A DNA stretch of 64,000 bases from Octopus vulgaris (lineage: Eukaryota), in NCBI GenBank assembly GCA_951406725.2, contig OX597820.1, positions 63,364,001 through 63,428,000 on the forward strand, written 5' to 3'. Positions 53,171-64,000 of the stretch are shown piece after piece. The translations under genes were made by a program, and so were the position numbers. The stretch's first letter is position 1. Each line of letters opens with the position of its first letter. Below the pieces are notes generated by a model that saw nothing but the letters and a program-made list of their open reading frames with translations, had not been told where the DNA came from and did not search any database.

Positions 53171-53943
53171 GTATCTATACCTACATTAATCGATCAACGT
53201 GAATCTTCAGTCCTGGAAAGAAACTAGTTGCGTGGTACTCGAGAAGTCGCTCCACCTTCCACGAAGTTTTTTATGGGGACGGCCATTGTATAAATCTGGG
53301 ATGCGAGATTGGGGTGGAAACTCAAGAGATACTTTGGACGACGCACATCCTAGCGTTGCCACTTACTGGCAGACTACGAGCAAAGAAAGCGTCACTTGTT
53401 CTTTAGTGTGGCATCGGATTTGATTCTTAGACCAAATCAGAGTTTTAAACGGTTTAGACACCACAAAAGAGCTACCAAAGTAATGTACCTTCATAAACTC
53501 GGTTGACCTGTTAGAAATAGCAGATAGAACTTTAACCAAGTCACTCCATAATGTTACGAATGTGTAATTTATATATTACACCAGTACTTTACAAATTGTT
53601 TGACTATGTGGTGCAACGTCAAACAATTGGAGATCAAAGAAAAATTTACTGATGCAATGCGTATTTTAGGATAAAAAAAGAAAAATTAGGAAAGTGTAAA
53701 AAATGTTGCTTACCTTGTATTAATCATAGTTCTATGTAATAAGACTTTGGATAACAGGTTTTTGGAGACACAGATGTATAAGTGCAGTAAAACTAATTAG
53801 CATAGAGAAACTAATGCTTTAGCATATATTTTGTTAAGCCTCAAAATATATTTATTAAAATATGCGGCTCACGTTATCTATAAGCAAGAACCAGTATCTG
53901 TCTTGTGTTTGTGTACTTGTGTGTATGTATGTCAGTGTATATG

Positions 53944-54011
<68 letters not shown>

Positions 54012-54092
54012 CTGTGTGTGTGGTTTTGCAATCGTCAGTACGTATAAGCATATAGGTAGAAATAGAGATAGCTAGAATAATATACATATAGT

Positions 54093-54292
54093 TAAGGTGG
54101 GAAGATAGAAGAATCGTTAACACGCCGGGCAAAATGCTGAGCGGCATTTCGAGACGTCTTGGTGTTCTGTATTAAATGTCGGCGATGTCGAATATGCCTT
54201 TAAATTTCTTTCGGAGTTGAGAAAATAAGTACTCGTAACGGACTTCACGCTTTCACAGCAATCGTTAGCCTTGTGCTAAAATTTGAAACCAA
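54093..54292 (+). mobile_element. Degenerate SINE family B
   Basis: gaatcgttaacacgccgggcaaaatgct head. Confidence 0.65.
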
Positions 54293-54468
54293 TGTTGATA
54301 TAGATATGCATACAGGCACATAGAGACACAGCTACAAACACACACACACACACACCATATATATATATAAATAAATTAAAAAATGGAGTCGAACGAAGAT
54401 GTTAACACTGTGGTCACCATGTAGGCAATCATCAAAATTTTTTGTTCGTCTTGTGGCTGAGGGAGGCT

Positions 54469-54562
54469 CCTTATCTTTCCTGATGAGAAGATTGCATAAT
54501 GCACCCTTTATTCCTTCGGAATAAAAGTATGCTGTCTTCGAAACATGTGTCGAGAGTAAAGG
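54469..54562 (+). ncRNA. Type I hammerhead ribozyme motif, intact core, GUC site
   Basis: Stem I ccttatctttc/gagagtaaagg; CTGATGA 54480-54486; stem II gaagattgcata/tatgctgtcttc capped by tttattcc-ttc-ggaataaa; GAAA 54540-54543; stem III ACATGTGT; cleavage after C54551. Confidence 0.8.
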
Positions 54563-54746
54563 AATTTTGTTAACATCTTCGTCCGACTCCATTCTTTCAT
54601 TTATTCATATAAAAAACACACAAATTTCCACACAAGAACCCGGAGTTTCTACCCTTGACAGGTCGCTTCAACCGTGTTTTCTGACATGAATTTGCTACTC
54701 AGGTATCGGTTAAACGAATTTTCCATGCTAGGATAATTCATTCACC

Positions 54747-54800
<54 letters not shown>

Positions 54801-54805
<5 letters not shown>

Positions 54806-55142
54806 CGAAACAAGCAACAAGAATAACTTTGGTTTCGCACTACATCATTTTATTAAATGTTGTAAGCATTACAACAGTTTTAAAATGCTGAGCACTCATC
54901 AGCTATTAATGGAAAACCTCTATTAATAGCTGATGAGTGTTCAGCATTTTAAAACTGTTGTAATGCTTACAACATTTAATAAAATGATGTAGTGCGAAAC
55001 GATCGTACCAAATTACCAAAGTTATTCTTGTTGCTTATTTTGATTATAATCACCCCATGGATTTATATTGACAACACCATTCAAAATTCTGGTGCATCTA
55101 ACTTAAGTACCATATTCATTTGAATCTAAATTTTGATGAACT

Positions 55143-55146
<4 letters not shown>
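54801..55146 (+). mobile_element. TA-embedded foldback element carrying a hammerhead motif (54930-55007)
   Basis: Inverted arms 54832-54910 / 54922-55000 (one mismatch). CTGATGA, long stem II, GAAAC-GATC-GTA; stem I is poor. Confidence 0.7.
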
Positions 55147-55214
<68 letters not shown>

Positions 55215-56706
55215 TAAATAATCAAGAGATAGAGAGAGAGTTAAGCTTGTACATATATCATTATATTCTTCATATTACTTTCAAATGATGCTATATAGAG
55301 GTTGCCATTAAAAAATGTGATGAAGAGAAATTGTGACCCATGAAGATATTTTTACAGCTCTTTCAAACACTTTAGCAACTTGTTGGTGTGATGTGCATTA
55401 CGCCAAACGGTGTGCTAATCCTTGCAAAAATACACAAAGGACAATCGAAATTATAATCAACACGTAAAAGATCAAGTGTCGAAGGAGTGAAACAATACGA
55501 ACTTTATAGCAGGAAACTTATCTTTGAGAGCATAGAAAGATTAATAATAAGACGTGGAAAGAGAGGTACTAGTATCGATGGGGTGGAAACAGCGATAGAA
55601 AGAAAGGTTGTGAGAAAGTAAACAGGAACATTCAAATAAACGCAAGGGAGGGTGAGGTAGGTGAGATAAGTACAAAAGAACAGAAAGAAGGAACATAGGA
55701 AAAGAACAAGAAAAAAAAATGAAAATCAGAATTAGATTAGTCACGTCAAAACATAAATGTAAGTTTGAGAAAAATATAGTGTAGAAGTAAGATCAAAGGG
55801 AATACATTAAAAGAAAAAGAAAAACAAAAGGATGAAAGCAGCTATATATACCCTACCAAGCTAGTGGCAGGTGACGATTTCTGCACCTATAATACAGAGT
55901 AAGCTACAAAAGGTGTAGACAGGAGCCGCAAAAAATAATAATAATAATAAATAGCAAATAAAGAGGTAAAGATATAAAATCAGTACAAGAATATTTCTGA
56001 TCAGGAAGATAGACTGAAAGAGAATGAAAATTAACCCAGAAGATATGAGATAAGGGGCTATAAAAAGATTATTATATAATTATGAACAGAAATGTAGGGA
56101 CATTATGACGTCATTCTAATAGCCTTATTTTCTACATTATAAAAAAAAAAAAAACATAATATAGGATGTTAGAACGAGAAATCGGTTAACTGTTTAATTG
56201 GAGTATATTGATCACAGTTAAAAACAGACCTTTCAAAACTTCGATATTTGCAGAATTTACTAGCTTCATATATTTTCCATACACCTGATTTTGAAGAAAG
56301 CTTTTGGTTCCTCAACTCATGTACCTTGATCGTATTAATGTGTAATTCTTAAGCATTGATATTAATTTCGATATATAACATTATTATACAGACCTGTTCT
56401 CGGAATACCAACAAAACGATGAATCTTTGAAACAGCTGTAAGCAAATTTTACGGATTAAAGTTTCGTCTCCATCAAATAGTTTTACGCTTCCAAGTATTT
56501 AACTACAATTGTGAATGTTATAAGTGATATCATGCAACATAACCGTACTTGTTAAACGTTTGTCTTTTCATAATACGCTACTCTTCTTCCAAGGAATTAT
56601 TTCTGTCATGTTAATGGTATTGGAATTTGAGAGCCTCGGATACTCTGAATACTAAAAGCATGTTCATCTATAATTAGGTTACAATACTAACTTCTTTTCA
56701 CAGACT

Positions 56707-56798
56707 TGGGATACTGATGAGGTGTAGTGCATAATTACATGTCTCTACTACTTTTACTCATTTAATTCGACACTACCGCGAAACATGCGTGTGTCTTA
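56707..56798 (+). ncRNA. Decayed type I hammerhead motif
   Basis: Stem I tgggata/tgtctta; CTGATGA 56714-56720; stem II gtagtg/cactac; GAAAC-ATGC-GTG (triplet GUG, not normally cleaved). Confidence 0.6.
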
Positions 56799-56856
56799 TA
56801 TAACATTGATTACTACACCTGTTTTCTACCTACTATAATGTGTGCGTGTGCGCGCG

Positions 56857-56896
<40 letters not shown>

Positions 56897-57364
56897 TGTG
56901 TGCATTTGGATTTGGATTTCAGCGGGTATGTATGTGTTGCCACAAGTAGTCCGTGTTAGAGAGGTTGGGTAAGGGTATCTCTTGTGATTCAGAGGCTCTC
57001 AATATTTCGTGTAAAAAGTAAAATAAAGAATCGGAACTGCATCGTTGATTCGTATTCTGCAGATTTCTCTGCATTATCTCCAATACTAGTTACTGCAGAA
57101 TCTATAATTGATTAAATGTTGGTATATTTAAAAAGTAACATGAATAAACATGGATATTGCCAATATATATATGTGCTTGTATGTATGTGTGTGTGTGTAT
57201 GTGTGCGTGTGTGTGAGTGTGAGTATGTACGACTACGTTGGAATTTAACTGTGTATATATGCATGTATTAATGTGTATAAATACATACGTGCATATATAT
57301 ATGCATACATACATCTACGCTCATCTGGATATGCAAACATGTACAGCAATATACACATACACAG

Positions 57365-57402
<38 letters not shown>

Positions 57403-57935
57403 GTCAATGTGTTTGTGTGTCTCTGTATTTATACTTACGTATATAAATGTGTGTGTTTAAAATGTATACATATATATGGATGTATATACTATTTATATAC
57501 ATATATAAATGCACCCTCACACACACACGCACGCACACATACACACACAGACATATATATATATATATATATATATATACTTTTACTCATACATACTTAT
57601 ATACGTATAGGTATGTGTATGTGCGTATTTGTGCTCATAAAGCGAAGCCAAATGTAAAGTAGATAGATATGGATTATAAATTATATAAGAGGAGAAAATT
57701 ATGATTAAATATAAATTTCATTGAATATTTATATACAACAATCACAAACAGTCACACAATGAGCTCATTTAAACAGCTTATACAATACCTATATATATGG
57801 AGATATGAACACATGGCGGCACGCACATATATATAATGGACAAGACGTAGAGTTATATACAAGCACAGACGCATGCATATATAAATTCATTAATATGTAT
57901 GTGTGTGTGTGCCTTTAGGGATGTAATACACACAC

Positions 57936-57980
<45 letters not shown>

Positions 57981-57984
<4 letters not shown>

Positions 57985-58200
57985 GGAGTAAACACATAAA
58001 TGTGAAACAAGGTGGAAAAAGAGTACTCAAATACCAGTGGTAGAGTAATATGCTTTATTTTAAGCAGCAGAAAATTCAACAAAATCTGTTACTCTGAGTT
58101 TCTCGTTGCCGTTCATCAGCAAAAACTGTCTGATGAACGGCAACGAGAAACTCAGAGTAACAGATTTTGTTGAATTTTCTGCTGCTTAAAATAAAGTATA
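57981..58200. mobile_element. TA-embedded element with a perfect 67-bp inverted repeat carrying a minimal hammerhead (58126-58163)
   Basis: Arms 58053-58119 / 58130-58196 are exact reverse complements with a 10-nt loop. ctgt-CTGATGA-acg-GCAA-cga-GAAAC-TCAGA-GTA-acag. Confidence 0.8.
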
Positions 58201-58589
58201 TATATATATATACATATATAGGCCGATTTACAAGTAATGGGAGCGATTAAAGCGAAACTGATCAAGGCACAACAGCATTACCAAATCTAGTAACACTAAC
58301 AGACCCATTTCTAAACTACCGGTATCATTGCCACTACAACCGCCACCTCTACAACCACCATTACCCTACCACTATTACTGCCACTACCACCATTACCATC
58401 ACCATCACCGCTACTTCTTCCTACATAAACAACCACAACAGTAATCATTACTTGTATATTTGCCTGTATTTATATATATATATATATATATACATTACAT
58501 GTACAAAGTCACACACAATTCCGACAACACCCATTACTAATACGATTTCCGACATCAAAGATTTAATAACAACTATTTGATTAAACATT

Positions 58590-58811
<222 letters not shown>

Positions 58812-59351
58812 AGATCTTAAAGAAGAATAAATAACTAAAAACGGCTGCAATATTTTATCTCAACAACTACAATTGTAATTACAACAACAGCAAAAGCAGC
58901 AACAAAAATACTGTAGTCACTTTCACCAAAGTTGTTGCGCTTAATGTGGTCTTACATCCTGCTGGAAATAGCTGGTATTTATCCTTGAAATCACGCATCA
59001 CCGTTTAAACATGAAAGGAAGGATTGTCGCAAAATATTCGGTAACGTAATCAATCCTACACACATCTTGTTTGTAAAAAGTGGCTGGACAGACATGGCTT
59101 GAAAAACCTTTGATTATAGTTGTACTTAAACATGGTTAACTTGGAGATAAGGAAAAATATCTAACCACCGCCATCACCACTACCATCAGTGTCCCCATCA
59201 ACAAAAGCTACAAAGAACCAACGATGACTTTTCTATGAGATCGCTTGAATAAAAAAATACATGAACCAAATCTTCTTCATATTGCACACAACCTTCACCT
59301 TAGAAATAGTAAATAAAGGACACATTCAATTATTAATATTTGATACTCGTA

Positions 59352-59570
59352 AGACAGCGAGCTGGCAGAATCTTTAGAACGCCAGGCATAATGCTTAGCG
59401 GCATTTCGTCCGTCTTTATGTTCTGCGTTCAAATTCCTGAGGTCGACTTTGTTTTCATTCCTTTCGGGGTCGATAAAATAAGTACCAGTAGAGCACTGGC
59501 GTTGATGTAATTGACTAAACCCATCCCCCAAAAAATGACTGCTCTTGTGGTAAAATTTGAGACCAATATT
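59352..59570 (+). mobile_element. SINE family B, tail type 2
   Basis: gcgagctggcagaatc..gttcaaattcc..ctttcggggtcgataaaataagtaccagt. Confidence 0.8.
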
Positions 59571-60237
59571 AGATAGTCCTAATAAGCTTACAGGGGTACA
59601 GCTCAAACAAGTGTGATATGTGGCTAAACTCCTAACTTCTATAGCAAGAGCAGTTATAATTATATTGATAATGAGGACTCAACTGTTCAATCAGCTGATT
59701 AATCTGCCTCTGAATTAATGTGTAAGTGACTGAGTATTTCTCAAACACGCTTAATTTCACGCTTAATTTAGCGTGACATAATTTGTGTCACAGTTCTGTA
59801 TCACTGAGTATACAATCTTGAAAGAAATAAAACAGTCGAGATAATCCAAGGCTACACAATGTATTCAATGCCCAATGATGAAATACCAAATAGACCATAG
59901 TGAAGTTTGAACTCGGAACGGAAAGGAGTATAATGTTTGTCTATCCATTCAACATCATGCTGAAGATACTACGTAGTCGAATCGAACCTGGGACGACGTT
60001 GTTGCGCAGAGATTTTCGTAACCATTTGACCACAATGCACCTAAACGCATCAGTGTTAGAATGACCATGATTATCAATTATTAAACAACTTCGTTGTGGG
60101 GAGACGCTTAGTCGACGTAGCAGCATATGAATTCGACTCATAAAGAGTTGTATATAAACACCGTAATGCATTCGGCTATTGTAATTCATCTATCAACTCA
60201 CTATTACGACCATAATCATTATTACTTCAAAATATGT

Positions 60238-60548
60238 GGAGGTGCAATGGCCCTGTGGTTAGGGCAGCGGTCTCGCGGTTGTAGGATCGCGATTTCGATT
60301 CCCAGACCGGGTGTTGTGAGTGTTTATTGAACGAAAATACCTAAAGCTCCACAAGGCTCCGGCAGTGGGTGGCAGCGATCCCTGCTGTACTCTTTCGCCA
60401 CAACTTTCTTTCACTCATTCTTCTGTTGGCTTGCTCGCTTAGCCAGCGGGGTGGCGACATTTGAAGGCTAAAACAATGCGAAGCGCATTGCGACCAGCGA
60501 TGTGTAGCAACATGTGATAGCCTGGTCGGTCACGGTGATCACGGTGAT
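60238..60548 (+). mobile_element. tRNA-derived SINE, family D
   Basis: A box tggccctgtgg, B-box-like tttcgattccc, GC-rich body and a tandem tail (cacggtgat)2. Confidence 0.7.
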
Positions 60549-60834
60549 TTCAAAATATACGCAACCTGAAACTTGAGTGAGAATGGTTAGTTGATTAAGT
60601 CTATTCAAGGACTTGACTATTTAATTTATCTTCTACGGAATTAAGATATACAAAACTAGGATCGACTTGAACTTAGGCAAAGAGTTGTAGCTAAATACAT
60701 TTGTCCAGCTTTCTAACTACTCTGTCGATCTACTGTTTTATAGCAACTGCAACTGCTCATAGCACAGAAGATTTTGTTAGTGTGGGATGGCTTTTACACA
60801 AGCAAAACGCCGTTTTAGTTGGTTGGCATTTTAT

Positions 60835-60956
60835 TTCATCGATATGTTTGTTCCTTCTCGAGCCATGACTGGCTCTTGGGGCCAGTTTTCTGGTTTCCTT
60901 GGCGTATAGGTTCATGATTGTGAGCCCGACGCTCTAACCAGTGACCCATGCGTCTT
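60835..60956 (-). mobile_element. Internally deleted tRNA-head SINE
   Basis: Minus strand gacgcatgggtcactggttagagcgtcgggctcacaatcatga resembles the family C head, joined to a different tail (gaaaccagaaaactggccc...ggctcgagaaggaac). Confidence 0.55.
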
Positions 60957-63225
60957 TCATCATAGGTGTTGTATTGCGGCTGACCTTGGGCTAAACAACA
61001 ACGATCAGGACTGTAGCAAATCAGGCGGAATAACGGCACCAGAAACACAATATTGACAACACAGTAAAACAACAAAAGCAAAGAAGCAGCAGCAGCAACA
61101 GCAGCGGCAGTAGTATCGTGAAAAAACAATGTAAATGGAAAATATCGTCAAATTGTGATAAACTATATACTGTATTTGTATGAGTGGCTGTATACATGTG
61201 TATTTATATATGTGAATGTGTGAGATGCGGAACGGTTCCTGTTTGTGTTTCATGATTGGTAAGAAGGGTGTTGATGGCTTAGGATTGAGAGGGAGGATGT
61301 TTATTGAAATATATTTCCAGATGGTTCCAAATGGTTCCACTTCGTTGCCCCATTACTCGTGTCTCAGAGTTTCATTTACAAATGTTATTGTCTTAGTTTT
61401 ATTACTGTATTTTGTATGTCTGTTGTATGTTGTTATGTATTGATTCCCAATTGAAGCATAAGGGCGCAAATTCTTGTTTTTCTTTTTTGAGAGACCGAAG
61501 TTTGGTGTATAAAGTCGATTAAAACTACTATAGTATTTATCTAGTGCTTTCTCTTATCAAATGAGGAAAGAAAATTCAATAATAACGAGCACAGTGAGAT
61601 TGGAGCTCGGAACGAAAATGAACACATGTAGGCATTATATCTGGCGCTTTACCGATTGGGCGTTTGTTGTATATTACTTATATCTTTCGTCCAATGATGT
61701 AAATTTCTTTGCTTGGTAATTATAAGGAAATTGATTAAATTGGCATTAACACTAACTTGATAATCATTCTAACTCAAGGGAAGACGAACGACAAAAGTGA
61801 TGTGGGTGTGATTTGAAGTATCTAAGTTAAGGTATGCAATTGAATTGTGTGAACATATTTTGTCTGATGTTCTAGTTTTGCTACTGAAACAGCAACTTTG
61901 GACTTACTTTATTTTTCATTTTATTGTGAATCGTGGAAGAAAATTGCATTTGGTCAATACAAAACTGGTAAAGCTGAGAGGGTTTGTTATACTCTAGGCT
62001 AAGAAGGATGTATTTAGGAAAGCTAACGCCCTCCAAGGTAAAAGGAAATGAAGGGATTTGATTGCCTGAGACAAAATAGGTGGACATAGAAAAAGAGATA
62101 AATCCTGCGTAGGTGTTGATGATCGTACGAAGCCAGAGTTAGAAAAAGCAGAAAAAGAATGGGTTTGTGAGCGACTTCACTCCATTTAACTGAGCAACCG
62201 TTTTCCACGAAGTGTAATTTTTCACCAGCATGTGTAATAATTACAACAATAATGTCCAAAATAGAGTGGAAGGCAATATTCCATTGTTATTAGAATGCAG
62301 AGACATGCAATCACAACGGTTAGAAATTTTGATGGTGCAGTGTATCTTTGTATATTGAAATCAGTATTTGACGTATTTGGGAGAGATGAAATTGGCTTTA
62401 GCGGTATGGCTGTCCATTTGATGGATATTGCCTTATTAAGAATGTTTTATATAAATGCTCCGTATGTGCATTTGGGAATGTTAATGAATATAATGTGGCT
62501 ATGTCAAACAATTTTAAATGAAGATACTAAAATCCCAATTGTAGTTTTAGGAATGGGAGTAAAGGTCATACTACATCTTTAGCAAACTTTCTATGGATAC
62601 TTATTGTAAAAATATTTAGTATGACATTGCTGTATAAAGTTAGTGATGATAAATGCCGTTTGTTTATTCTCGAAACCTATGAAATAGTTAGGTGTACATA
62701 AAATTTCATTAATCAATGACATGAGGTTATGATACAGTGACCGCATCTGTAATGTATGTCTTTCGTACACAATAGTAAAATTAAGCTATTAGCTTTAACC
62801 TGAATACTATTAGCATTACAATTCAACTCCTGAATTTTTACCCACTGTAGTATATCTTCTATTTTGCTATATTTGTTTTTCTAATAATGCTTAGATTCTC
62901 TAGGCCCCTTTAACTTTACTACTTAGTTTCAATTAACACAACAGAAAATTATAGGTATAATATATCCGAACGTTCATCTTGGATTCATATCATGCATGCT
63001 GCGTTGCAAATAATCATATTTTCACTATCATACTGTTATATCCTGACTGCGTTGATTTTTATTGGCAGTTCAGCACTACCATATAGAGATAGTAATGATA
63101 AATATAATTAGTGTTTATCTTTAATCTATGAATTAATTAGCTGTAAACCATTTCTCATTAATTAGTGATACAATGTCTACATATGTTCTGCAAGTACTTG
63201 CTACATTACATTAATAGTTAAACTA

Positions 63226-63392
63226 TAGGCGTTGGAGTGGCTGTGTGGTAAGTAGCTTGCCTACGAACCACATGGTTCGGGATCCAGTCCCACTGCATCG
63301 CACCTTCGGTAAGTGTCTTGTACTATAGCCTCGGGTCGACCAAAGCCTTGTGAGTGGATATGGTAGACGGAAACTGAAAGAAGCGCGTCGTA

Positions 63393-63423
<31 letters not shown>

Positions 63424-63665
63424 CTTTCGTATATATATGTATATATGTATGTATATATGCATGTATGTATGTATGTATGTATGTATGTATGTATGTATGT
63501 ATGTATGTATGTATGTATGTATGTATGTATGTATGTATGTGTATGTGTATATGTTTGTGTCTGTGTTTGTACCCCCAACATCGCTTGAGAACCGATGCTG
63601 ATACATTTATATCCCCGTAACTTAGCGGTTCGGCAAAAGAGACCGATAGAATGAGTACTAGGTTT
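63226..63665 (+). mobile_element. SINE family A, 3'-truncated
   Basis: Head, internal (TA)n(TATG)n, and 3' half up to gatagaatgagtactagg. Confidence 0.85.
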
Positions 63666-64000
63666 CCAGTATTAGCGTGAAACTTAGTGCACTAGTAACC
63701 CCACCCGCTGCATTAGTTGGAAAAATTTTGTATTTCAGTATCCTTTCTTTATTTCATTATATACAGTTTCTGCGTATACGATTTGGTTATATTAGATCCC
63801 TTGTCGCTTCCGTTTACATAACCTGTAACTTTGTCCATGTTACATCCCAATTCTCAAGATTGATAGGATACGGTACATATCGACGTAAGCATGTGTCTCT
63901 TTCTCTGTGTGTGTGTGTTTCTGTTTGTGTGTGCGTGAGTATCTGTTTGTGTTTGTCTCTTTGTGTGGGTGGGTGAAAATTGTTAGAATGTGTGGTTGTG

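Overview
AT-rich, microsatellite-saturated eukaryotic DNA with no convincing host protein-coding exon. The SINE repertoire and (TA)n/(CA)n/(TAGA)n density suggest an octopus (cephalopod) intron or intergenic region; this is inference. The window is a mosaic of transposon remains: Penelope-like (GIY-YIG) fragments, an internally deleted mariner, a hAT (hATm-type) element, a DD37D/maT-type element, an internally deleted RTE LINE, a Tx1/L1-type 3' end, a young 5'-truncated CR1 nested in a mariner, a non-autonomous Helitron, at least four tRNA-derived SINE families and a tRNA-Gln(CTG) pseudogene. The most striking unannotated signal is a set of about eight type-I hammerhead ribozyme motifs of several unrelated sequence families. 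They lie in short non-coding elements, mostly embedded in (TA)n or other microsatellite tracts, three of them carrying inverted duplications. All folds and alignments were done by eye and many boundaries are approximate. Most ORFs in the track are microsatellite artefacts.
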